A model generated the notes under the pieces. It ran no database searches. It was not told the DNA's origin and worked only from the letters and a program-made list of their open reading frames with translations. Of a stretch of 64,000 nucleotides of DNA, positions 27,179-35,937 are shown one piece after another. The stretch covers positions 41,578 through 105,577 of the forward strand of contig JAGGAC010000008.1 of NCBI GenBank assembly GCA_017889635.1. The letters run 5' to 3'. The translations under genes and the position numbers were made by a program. Source of the DNA: Bacillota bacterium. GTDB taxonomy: Bacteria > Bacillota > Negativicutes > Sporomusales > CTSoil-080. Position 1 is the stretch's first letter. Every line of letters begins with the position of its first letter.

Positions 27179-27964
27179 ATGAGTGAATACTCGAATTTAT
27201 TGTTTGCCAATGAAAATGGTATTGGACTTATTACCATTAACCGTCCAAAAGTGCTTAATGCCCTGAATAGTGATACATTAAGAGAACTTGATAGTTTGAT
27301 TGATGCTATTGCTGCGGATGGTGAAGTGAAAGTTGTTATTATCACCGGTAGTGGCGAAAAAGCCTTTGTGGCTGGAGCTGACATTGCAGCTATGCAGCCG
27401 TACGCTCCTCTCGAAGGACGTAGTTTTGCCAAATATGGTCAAGCTGTTTTTAACAAGCTGGAAAATTTGCCGCAACCGGTTATTGCTGCTGTCAATGGTT
27501 TTGCTCTTGGTGGAGGTTGCGAATTGGTTATGGCCTGCGATATCAGGATCGCTGCTGAGAACGCTAAATTTGGCCAGCCGGAAGTTTCTTTGGGGATTAC
27601 TCCAGGGTTTGGTGGTACGCAGCGCCTGCCCCGGCTTATAGGTAAAGGACGAGCCAAAGAACTTCTTTTTACCGGAGATACTATTGACGCAAATGAGGCT
27701 TACCGTCTAGGCTTAGTAAACCGAGTTGTTCCGCGCGAAGAGCTGATGGATGCCGCTAAAGCAATGGCTGAAAAGATTGCGAGCAGGGCTCCAAGAGCGG
27801 TTGAACTCTGCAAAGTTGCAGTCAATGAAGGTTTGGACACTGACATTGAATCGGCTGTGGCTTATGAGGCGGAGGTCTTTGGACTTTGCTTTGCAACTAA
27901 TGACCAAAAAGAAGGCATGACTGCTTTTATTGAGAAACGAAAGGTTGGCTTTACTGGTAAATAG
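27179..27964 (+). CDS. crt: Enoyl-CoA hydratase (crotonase)
   Basis: FVAGADI, GGGCELVMACDIRIA and GITPGFGGTQRL motifs. Confidence 0.92.
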   Translation: MSEYSNLLFANENGIGLITINRPKVLNALNSDTLRELDSLIDAIAADGEVKVVIITGSGEKAFVAGADIAAMQPYAPLEGRSFAKYGQAVFNKLENLPQPVIAAVNGFALGGGCELVMACDIRIAAENAKFGQPEVSLGITPGFGGTQRLPRLIGKGRAKELLFTGDTIDANEAYRLGLVNRVVPREELMDAAKAMAEKIASRAPRAVELCKVAVNEGLDTDIESAVAYEAEVFGLCFATNDQKEGMTAFIEKRKVGFTGK

Positions 27965-27995
27965 CGATAGAAAGTTTAACAATAAGGTGTAATAA

Positions 27996-28048
27996 GAAGA
28001 CGGCATTTGGATCCCGGATTAAGGGTTCAAATGCCGTCTTCTGTTTTA
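27996..28048 (+). terminator. Rho-independent terminator
   Basis: GAAGACGGCATTTG ... CAAATGCCGTCTTC followed by a T-run. Confidence 0.75.
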
Positions 28049-28216
28049 TTTTAGTTATGTATATTGTATGGATAAATCATGGTGCTTTTTTTGAAAAACT
28101 ATTTGATTTCAAAGAAGTGACGTTTATAATTAACTAGTTTATTGCTAGGGTGAAAGTTGAGCTGTTTGCGATTGCGCGGATATGGCTTAATATTAATAAG
28201 AAATGGAGATGAAACT

Positions 28217-29482
28217 ATGAATTCGATGAATGAATTTCCTAAATTTCGTTGGTTTGTTTTAGCAACGCTTTGCCTTGTTACTGCGACGACGGCAGTGGTT
28301 TTAATTTCGCCTGCATCATTGATTGGAGCGATAGCTAAAGGATTGAGGATTAGTCCAGGGGAAGCGACTGGTGCTGCCATGGGGACATTTAATTTTTGTG
28401 TTGCTATTTCGTGTCTTTGCGGCGGTATGTTGCTTGACCGTTTTGGTACGGTTCGTGTATGGATTGTGTGTCTTATAATGATTGCCGTTGGTGAAATAGG
28501 TGCATCATCTTTGGGTGATAGTATTTTCGGTTTTTATATTTTGAGGTTGATTCAAGGGTTGGGAACCGGACCGATAATGGCATCTACGGTAAGAGTTGCG
28601 GCCCAGTGGTTTCCACCGAATGAACGTGGCATTGTTGCCGGTGTTCAGGGATTGGCTATGGGAATGGGAACGTGTATTGGCGCTGTAGTTTCGCCGATGA
28701 TTTTGGCGGTAAGTGGCGACTGGGGTATGACTATGGGATGGTTAGGCGTTATGCCTGTCATTGCTTTGGTAATGACCGTGGTGATTGGTTTCGGACCTGA
28801 AGCGCCGAATGAGCATTTAGTTCAAGCTAACCGCGAAACGCAAGAAAGTCGAAGTGATTTTGCATTAGCGATCAGGATGCCTGCAACTTGGGGAGCGATA
28901 ATATGTGTTGTTTTATTATCTTGGGTTATGCAAGGTTTCAACGATCTTATTCCTGGCTATATTGCGATTGAACCGCCGGTGGGACTTGGAAGGAATCCGG
29001 TTGTGGCCGGCCAGTTTATGATGGTGCTCCAAATAGCTTTTATGGCTGGAGCAATATTGAGCGGGTTTATTGTTGACAGATTGTTTGAAGGACGGTCCAG
29101 ACCTGTTGTGTTTCTTGGTTTCTTGGGGACGGCAATATTTTGTTTTGCGGTAAGATTTTCGTTTGTTCATTCAAGTAACTTTATTTTACTAGTTGACCTT
29201 GCTTTGACAGGGTTGTGTCAATCGGTTTGTATTCCGGCAACAATTGCATTTATTGCTAGAAGTTATCCTGGACATATCACTGGTAGATTAGGCGGACTGG
29301 CGCAAGGAATTGGAGTTTTTGGTGGAACAGCGGGTGTTACTTTAGGTGCTTATGCTTTAGATTCTTCAGGGTATTATAATAATTCTATTTTGGCTGTTGT
29401 TATTATTGCGTTTATAGGATGTGGTTGCGCTCTCTTGCAGAAACCGCCAGAAGTTTTTTCTAGATATAGGAATTGGAATTGA
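28217..29482 (+). CDS. MFS transporter, paralog 1 (421 aa)
   Basis: ATG aligned with the starts of paralogs 2 and 3. 12-TM pattern. MFS loop motif LIQGLGTGPIMASTVRVAAQWFPPNERG. Confidence 0.88.
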   Translation: MNSMNEFPKFRWFVLATLCLVTATTAVVLISPASLIGAIAKGLRISPGEATGAAMGTFNFCVAISCLCGGMLLDRFGTVRVWIVCLIMIAVGEIGASSLGDSIFGFYILRLIQGLGTGPIMASTVRVAAQWFPPNERGIVAGVQGLAMGMGTCIGAVVSPMILAVSGDWGMTMGWLGVMPVIALVMTVVIGFGPEAPNEHLVQANRETQESRSDFALAIRMPATWGAIICVVLLSWVMQGFNDLIPGYIAIEPPVGLGRNPVVAGQFMMVLQIAFMAGAILSGFIVDRLFEGRSRPVVFLGFLGTAIFCFAVRFSFVHSSNFILLVDLALTGLCQSVCIPATIAFIARSYPGHITGRLGGLAQGIGVFGGTAGVTLGAYALDSSGYYNNSILAVVIIAFIGCGCALLQKPPEVFSRYRNWN

Positions 29483-29509
29483 ACGCTAATTGAATGGTGA
29501 ATATTTTTA

Positions 29510-29538
29510 CTGCCCTGGGGTTCCTAGGGCAGTTTTTT
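29510..29538 (+). terminator. Hairpin terminator
   Basis: CTGCCCT.. / ..AGGGCAG followed by TTTTTT. Confidence 0.55.
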
Positions 29539-29931
29539 CTTTATGAAAACAGTTGGATGATATGACTTAGAGATGGTGCAATCGTGGTAAAGAAAAATAT
29601 TTTGACACAAAATGTAAAAAAAGTAGTAGAAAAAAAGGAAATTTATATATGTTGTAGAAAAATAAAAATATTGAGTAAATTATATTAATAGATACTTTTA
29701 AAGGGTATTAGTTAAAAAAATAACTTATATTTGAAGATTCTATATTGTGAAACCGAAGTTATGATACATGAGTTTAAACGAAGGTTGGATTTTGTTGCAA
29801 TTTCTATTTGGCTTGCTTGGTTATGCTTGGCATATTTTTGTCGGCGAAAAAGAGGAGGGGTGGATTAAATAAAGTGCTTTTATGAATTGGGTTAGTGGAA
29901 TTTAGTGATAGTAATATAAGGAGATGGAAAT

Positions 29932-31197
29932 GTGGATTCGATGAGGGAGTTTACTGGTTTTCGTTGGTTCGTTTTGGCGACACTTTGCATTGTTACGGCA
30001 ACGACTGCGGTAGTTCTGATTTCGCCTGCACCGCTAATTGGAGCGATAGCTAAGAGTTTTGTAATTAATGTGGGAGAAGCAACTGGTGCTTCTATGGCGA
30101 CGTTCAATTTAGCGGTTGCAATTTCGTGCCTCGTTGGTGGTCCGTTGCTTGACAGATTTGGTTTCGTTCGTGTATGGAGTGTGTGCCTTGCGATGATAGC
30201 TTTGGGTGAAATAGCAACGCCGACTTTTGGCGATACCGTTGCCAAGTTTCATATATTGAGGTTGATTCAAGGCTTTGGAACCGGACCGATAATGGCGTCT
30301 ACGGCTAGAGTTGCGGCTCAGTGGTTTCCTCCGAGCGAGCGCGGTATTGTTGCTGGTGTTCAGGGGACAGCGATGGGACTGGGGACTGCAGTCGGCTTGG
30401 TGATTTCGCCGATGCTTTTTGCGGCAAAAGGTGATTGGGCTGTTACTATTGCTTGGCTAGGGGCGATGCCGCTTATTGCGTTAATTATGACGCTAGTGAT
30501 TGCCTTTGGCCCTGAGCCGCCGAATGAACATGTCGAACAAACTGGCCGAGAAACACAAGCTAGTCGGAGTGATTTTGCACAGGCGATTAGGTTGCCTGCA
30601 ACCTGGGGAGCGATACTGTGTGTCGTTTTATTATCTTGGGTTATGCAGGGTTTTAATGATTTAGTTCCTGGATTTATAGCGGTCGATCCTCCGGTGGGAC
30701 TTGGCAGGAATCCTGTTGTGGCTGGGCAATTTATGATGGTGCTCCAAATAGCTTTTATGGTAGGGGCGATATTGAGCGGTTTTATTGTTGACGGTTTGTT
30801 TGGAGGCCGTTCTAGACCTGTTGTGTTTCTGGGCTTTTTGGGAACGGCTATATTCTGCTATGCGATAAGATTTAATTTTGTTCATTCGAGCAATTTTGCT
30901 ATGCTAATTAATCTTGCTATGGCGGGGTTGTTCCAATCGGTTTGTATACCAGCTACAATAGCTTTTATTGCTAGAAATTATCCGGAACATATTACCGGGA
31001 AGTTGGGCGGATTAGCGCAGGGAATTGGAATTTTCGGTGGAACTGCGGGCGTTACGGTAGGGGCTTTTGCATTAGATTTCTCTGGTTTTTATAATTATTC
31101 GATTGTAGCAGTTTCTCTTGCTGCCCTTGTGGGGTGTGCTTGCGCTCTTTTACAAAAGCCGCCAGATGTTTTTGCTAGGCATAGAAGTTGGAATTAA
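29932..31197 (+). CDS. MFS transporter, paralog 2 (421 aa)
   Basis: GTG start after AAGGAGATGG. Collinear with paralogs 1 and 3. Confidence 0.88.
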   Translation: MDSMREFTGFRWFVLATLCIVTATTAVVLISPAPLIGAIAKSFVINVGEATGASMATFNLAVAISCLVGGPLLDRFGFVRVWSVCLAMIALGEIATPTFGDTVAKFHILRLIQGFGTGPIMASTARVAAQWFPPSERGIVAGVQGTAMGLGTAVGLVISPMLFAAKGDWAVTIAWLGAMPLIALIMTLVIAFGPEPPNEHVEQTGRETQASRSDFAQAIRLPATWGAILCVVLLSWVMQGFNDLVPGFIAVDPPVGLGRNPVVAGQFMMVLQIAFMVGAILSGFIVDGLFGGRSRPVVFLGFLGTAIFCYAIRFNFVHSSNFAMLINLAMAGLFQSVCIPATIAFIARNYPEHITGKLGGLAQGIGIFGGTAGVTVGAFALDFSGFYNYSIVAVSLAALVGCACALLQKPPDVFARHRSWN

Positions 31198-31295
31198 TAA
31201 TTGCCCTAATATAGTTCTGATATTTTGATGGGGAAGCCTAAGACCGTTATGAAGCTGATAAGGTTATGAGTTTGAATAGATTATAATTTTAAATT

Positions 31296-31335
31296 AAAGA
31301 GGTTGGCCTAAAAATGTACTGGTCAACCTCTTTTT
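31296..31335 (+). terminator. Hairpin terminator
   Basis: AAAGAGGTTG ... CAACCTCTTT followed by TT. Confidence 0.6.
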
Positions 31336-31734
31336 GCTGTAAGGATTAGGCTTGTTAGTATGTTTGGAGTTGAATTGCAAAGTGAAGTGAGACAATGAAA
31401 GTAAGATAAATAAAAAAAATATCAGTTTTTTTAAAAAAAATGTAGAAAAAAAGGATATTTATAGATATTGTAGAAAAATATACATACTGAATAAATTATA
31501 ATAATATTTAAATAGCGGGGATTGTTTGCAATTAAGCGGCGTGGCAAAAAAAAATGTGTCGTTTTCGAATCAAGTGTTGATAATTTTGCAAAATTTCTTA
31601 TTTGCGACCGATTTTACCGGGCGCGTGTTTTGTTTATAAAAAAAGTGAAGGTGGGGGGGTTGACTAAAAGGGTGTTTGCGTAAATGAATGGCGTTATTGT
31701 AATTTTATGATTAGTAATACAAGGAGATGAGATT

Positions 31735-33000
31735 GTGAATTCGATGAAGGAATTTCCTAACTTTCGCTGGTTCGTTTTAGCGACGCTTTGTGTTGTTACT
31801 GCAACGACGGCAGTGGTGCTGATTTCGCCTGCTCCGTTGATTGGAGCGATAGCTAAAGGATTGAGGGTTAGTCCGGGGGAAGCGACTGGTGCTGCAATGG
31901 CGACGTTTAATCTCGCTGTTGCTATTTCTTGCCTTTGTGGTGGTATGTTGCTTGATAGGTTTGGGCCAGTTCGTGTATGGATTGTATGTCTTTCGATGAT
32001 GGCTGTTGGCGAAATATTAACGCCGGTTTTCGATGCTAGTCTTTTTGGTTTTTATGTTTTGAGGTTGATTCAAGGATTTGGAACCGGACCGATTATGGCA
32101 TCTACGGCAAGGGTTGCAGCTCAGTGGTTTCCGCCTCAAGAACGCGGTTTTGTTGCCGGGGTCCAGGGCATGGCTATGGGGCTGGGGACTGCTATTGGTG
32201 TTGTGATTGCGCCGTTGGTTTTTGCTGCGAAGGGCGACTGGGCTTTGACTATGGGGTGGTTAGGTGTTATGCCGGTCATTGCTTTGGTAATGACCGTGGT
32301 GATTGGTTTCGGACCTGAAGCGCCGAATGAACATTTAGTTCAAGCTAACCGAGAAACGCAAGCAAGTCGAAGTGATTTTGCATTAGCGATCAGGATGCCT
32401 GCAACTTGGGGAGCGATAATATGTGTTGTTTTATTGTCTTGGGTTATGCAGGGCTTCAATGATCTTATCCCGGGCTTTATTGCGATCGAACCGCCTGTGG
32501 GTCTAGGAAGGAACCCGGTAGTGGCTGGACAGTTTATGATGGTACTTCAAATTTCTTTTATGGCTGGGGCGGTGTTGAGCGGTTTTTTTGTGGACAAATT
32601 GTTCGGAGGCCGGTCTAGACCTGTAGTATTTCTTGGTTTCTTGGGGACAGCAATATTTTGTTATGCAGTAAGGCTGCCTTTTGTTCACTCAAGCAATATT
32701 GTTTTGTTGGTGGATCTTGTTTTGGCTGGGCTTTGCCAAGCGGTTTGTATTCCGTCTACAATTGCGTTTATTGCCAGAAGTTACCCTGAACATATTACTG
32801 GTAGATTAGGCGGATTGGCGCAAGGAATTGGTGTATTCGGCGGAACCGCAGGTGTTACTTTAGGCGCTTATGCGTTGGATTCTTCTGGGTATTATAATCA
32901 TTCTATTTTAGCTGTTTCTATTATTGCGATTATAGGATGCGGCTTTGCTCTCTTACAGAATCCGCCAGAAAATTTTTCTCGGTATAGAAATTGGAATTAA
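31735..33000 (+). CDS. MFS transporter, paralog 3 (421 aa)
   Basis: GTG start after AAGGAGATGA. Collinear with paralogs 1 and 2. Confidence 0.88.
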   Translation: MNSMKEFPNFRWFVLATLCVVTATTAVVLISPAPLIGAIAKGLRVSPGEATGAAMATFNLAVAISCLCGGMLLDRFGPVRVWIVCLSMMAVGEILTPVFDASLFGFYVLRLIQGFGTGPIMASTARVAAQWFPPQERGFVAGVQGMAMGLGTAIGVVIAPLVFAAKGDWALTMGWLGVMPVIALVMTVVIGFGPEAPNEHLVQANRETQASRSDFALAIRMPATWGAIICVVLLSWVMQGFNDLIPGFIAIEPPVGLGRNPVVAGQFMMVLQISFMAGAVLSGFFVDKLFGGRSRPVVFLGFLGTAIFCYAVRLPFVHSSNIVLLVDLVLAGLCQAVCIPSTIAFIARSYPEHITGRLGGLAQGIGVFGGTAGVTLGAYALDSSGYYNHSILAVSIIAIIGCGFALLQNPPENFSRYRNWN

Positions 33001-33144
33001 AAATTTAGTTTAAGGATTTGCCTGCCTTGGGGGACTCCCCTGAGGCAATTTATTTAACCTTGAATGTCGAAAATAGAGTGAAATAGTCGAACGGTGCGAT
33101 GAATGGTTATAACGAAAAAAAGTTAAAAGAAGGTGAAGGAAAAT

Positions 33145-33816
33145 ATGGAGAGAAAAGGGGCTGCGAGAATGGAAGTGTTGGATAAGGCTAGGGTAAAAAG
33201 GGAAGCAAGGGAACAAGGCCAGCTTAAACAAACTATAGATATTGGCGCAATTTGGCAGCAGATTCAACAAAACAATGAAATGAATCAAAAGTTGCTAGAT
33301 GAGTTAAATCATGCGGGAAACCAAAAAAAAATCGAAGCTGAAAATGCGCAAATGCGCAATGTTTTATTGAATGTTGAACAAAATTTTCAAAACTATGGCA
33401 AATTATTGATGGATGGTATGACGAATTTAGAACAGCGGCAGGCGGCCTTTGAAATAGAATTTATTGAAAAAATACAAGCATTGAAGGATAGTAATGCGAT
33501 TGTCAAAGAAGTTGTGCGTCAAGAGGCACAGGAACTTGCGGAACATAGTCAGAAGGTCGTTGAAGAGATGACGGTCAATATGTCGGAGGGGATAGAAAAA
33601 ACTTTGGCAAATGCCGGTGAAAACCTTGATTCGGTATGGCAAAAACATCAGGAAGTTATTGGCACATTGAAGCGAGTGTATGCATTCCGCGGAGTTTGGA
33701 CAATTGGGGGACTGCTTTTTCGTTATATGATTATAATGGGCTTGTGGCATCTGGGGAAAATTCTGTATGGTGATCAGACGTTAATTAGCTTTTTAAAATT
33801 TTTTCTTGTGCCTTGA
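33145..33816 (+). CDS. Coiled-coil protein with a C-terminal membrane segment
   Basis: ATG after GAAGGTGAAGG. Q/E/N-rich heptad-like sequence. C-terminal WTIGGLLFRYMIIMGLW. Confidence 0.55.
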   Translation: MERKGAARMEVLDKARVKREAREQGQLKQTIDIGAIWQQIQQNNEMNQKLLDELNHAGNQKKIEAENAQMRNVLLNVEQNFQNYGKLLMDGMTNLEQRQAAFEIEFIEKIQALKDSNAIVKEVVRQEAQELAEHSQKVVEEMTVNMSEGIEKTLANAGENLDSVWQKHQEVIGTLKRVYAFRGVWTIGGLLFRYMIIMGLWHLGKILYGDQTLISFLKFFLVP

Positions 33817-34053
33817 TGAAAAAAGCTTGTAAGTAGTTTTTGAAGATTATTGCATATTATTAAAAGGAATTTCAAAATATAAACAACAAAAAGTAAATAA
33901 AATGTTGTATTGCAAAATAGTTAAAAATATGCAAAAATAACATTGGATTGTTTTTGAAGCGCGGAATTGATAAGATGTCCCTAGTTATAGGGATGTTCTT
34001 TTAGTTGCGTATAGTGACAAAAACTATCCTAAACAATAACTGGAGGTTGATTT

Positions 34054-34545
34054 ATGAAAAAAATACTACTTACATTAGCTGCTACGTTTATTTTCTGTGT
34101 TGGTACAGGATATGCTGCTCCGATCAATTATATGGCGACAGGTCAGACGGCTGTGGGGATCGGAACCGATACTTTTTTCTTGAAACATAAGTTTTCCGAT
34201 GGTTTTACATTAGGGTATCAGAGTATTGATTTGGATCATGGTTACGATAGTGACGATATTTATGGAGATTTTGCTCTTTCTCGTAATGTTGGTTTGATCG
34301 TTGGAGCTAGAGATTTCGATTCAGAAACTGATGCTTATGTAGGGGTTGGCGTTCATGCTCCACTAGCGCCTAAATGGGATGGTTATGCTTTCGCTATTGG
34401 TTGTGGTGATTTTAAAGAGATGCAAGTGGGCGCCAATTTCATGATGACTGGCAATCTTGATCTTAATCTTTACTATCGCTCTTTTCAGCCTGACTTAGGT
34501 GATAACCAAAATAAGTTTGGTGCTGCAGTAACTTATATTTTTTAA
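34054..34545 (+). CDS. Small outer-membrane beta-barrel protein, paralog A (163 aa)
   Basis: Signal peptide ..GTGYA|AP. Alternating hydrophobic strands. C-terminal ..AAVTYIF (aromatic terminus). Confidence 0.65.
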   Translation: MKKILLTLAATFIFCVGTGYAAPINYMATGQTAVGIGTDTFFLKHKFSDGFTLGYQSIDLDHGYDSDDIYGDFALSRNVGLIVGARDFDSETDAYVGVGVHAPLAPKWDGYAFAIGCGDFKEMQVGANFMMTGNLDLNLYYRSFQPDLGDNQNKFGAAVTYIF

Positions 34546-34870
34546 AGTTTGATAGAATTTAGAAGATAATATTAACAAAAAGACTGCTAGCTTATTAGTC
34601 GCTATTTGCGGTTAGTGAGTGGCGGTCTTTTTGTTTTTATAGGATATTTTGATGCTTGGCTTGAATTAGAATTTCAAAGTATTTTCGAAGCGGGTGCAAT
34701 AAAAAAACAAAGGAATTAGTCTATTGCAAAATAATAATAAATATGTAAAAATATTGTTGTGGTAGTGGTGATTCTTGTGAGTGCTGATAAGGTGTTTTTG
34801 CTACCATGATATCGGTGGGTGGTATTTGAAGTTAAAAAGTATGTATAATGACTAAATAGGAGGCTGTATT

Positions 34871-35362
34871 ATGAAAAAAATTCTGCTTACGCTGGTGCTT
34901 ACATTTGTTTGGGGTTGTAGTACAGGATTTGCTGCTCCAGTAAACTATATGTCAGCAGATCAGACAGCGGTGGGAATAGCTACCGATAACTTTTTTTTGA
35001 AACATAAGTTTTCTGATACTTTTACTGTGGGATATCAGAATATTAATTGGGATCATGCTCCTAATTCTAGCGATATTTATGGTCATTACCATTTTTCCCG
35101 TACTTTTGGCGGTATTGTTGGTGTTAGAGATTTCGGCGATACCTCGGATACGTATGTAGGGGTGTCAGTACATGCTCCGCTAGCGCCTAAATGGGATGGT
35201 TATGCCTCGATTATTGGTGGCAGCGATTTTAAGGAATTGGAAGCAGGAGCTAATGTTATGATTTCACGTAAGTTTGATCTCAACATTTTCTACCGTTCGT
35301 TCATGCCTGACTATGGTGAGGATAATAATAAGGTGGGGGCTTCGGCAATCTTTAAATTATAA
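34871..35362 (+). CDS. Small outer-membrane beta-barrel protein, paralog B (163 aa)
   Basis: Collinear with paralog A (FFLKHKFSD, VHAPLAPKWDGYA). Signal peptide ..STGFA|AP. Confidence 0.65.
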   Translation: MKKILLTLVLTFVWGCSTGFAAPVNYMSADQTAVGIATDNFFLKHKFSDTFTVGYQNINWDHAPNSSDIYGHYHFSRTFGGIVGVRDFGDTSDTYVGVSVHAPLAPKWDGYASIIGGSDFKELEAGANVMISRKFDLNIFYRSFMPDYGEDNNKVGASAIFKL

Positions 35363-35534
35363 TATGATGTCATTTGCTGATATCGTATAGTTAGAATAAA
35401 AAAAGATCGTTATCTCCTTGCTGGCTATTCCAGATGAGTGAGTAGCGGTCTTTTTTAATACGAATCTAAATTCTTGGTTTGCCAAAACCAGAGTCTTGGA
35501 TGTTCAGTGAATTTAGTTTAGGAGGGAAGGGCGT

Positions 35535-35750
35535 TTGGAAAAGAATAAGTTATATAATAAAAAGAACGATTTTGAATGCGGCTATAGTTACGCCCGGTTG
35601 AGGTGTGGAAGATTATTTGGAAAAGATAGCGATATTGAACTTATGGAATTGGCTGAAGTATTTGCCAGGATGACGGGAGAAAATGCTGAACTGGCTCGAG
35701 GCATGGCGGCTTGCTATTCTGAAATGGCTCGGGTTGCAAAAAGTAAGTAA
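35535..35750 (+). CDS. Small hypothetical protein (71 aa)
   Basis: TTG start 7 nt after AGGAGGG. No family recognised. Confidence 0.45.
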   Translation: MEKNKLYNKKNDFECGYSYARLRCGRLFGKDSDIELMELAEVFARMTGENAELARGMAACYSEMARVAKSK

Positions 35751-35937
35751 AAGATGAACAAGTCGGAGGGAGATTAGAAAAATTTTATTCAGAATAAAAT
35801 TTATATTTTACTATAACAAAAATTTCGGACTTGGTTTTTATTGAGAAAACCAAGTCTTATTTATTATGCTGCAATTTCCAGTGTAAGTTGATTTTGACCT
35901 GGATAACCTAATTAAAAAGGAAAAAGAGGTGTTATTG

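Noticed and set aside
28099-28380. Minus-strand ORFs across the 5' ends of the MFS genes (also 29892..30245). They appear conserved between copies.
   Set aside because: The conservation is a by-product of the MFS duplication. They lack an RBS and run antisense to clear transporter coding sequence.
29882-29905. Short upstream ORFs before MFS copies 2 and 3 (MNWVSGI at 29882..29905, MNGVIVIL at 31684..31710). I considered them as leader peptides.
   Set aside because: They have weak or absent RBS, copy 1 has no equivalent, and the similarity is explained by the duplication itself.
33010-33288. A 92-aa minus-strand ORF after MFS copy 3.
   Set aside because: It overlaps the start of the + strand coiled-coil gene, has no RBS, and gives a Leu/Phe/Ser-rich shadow translation.
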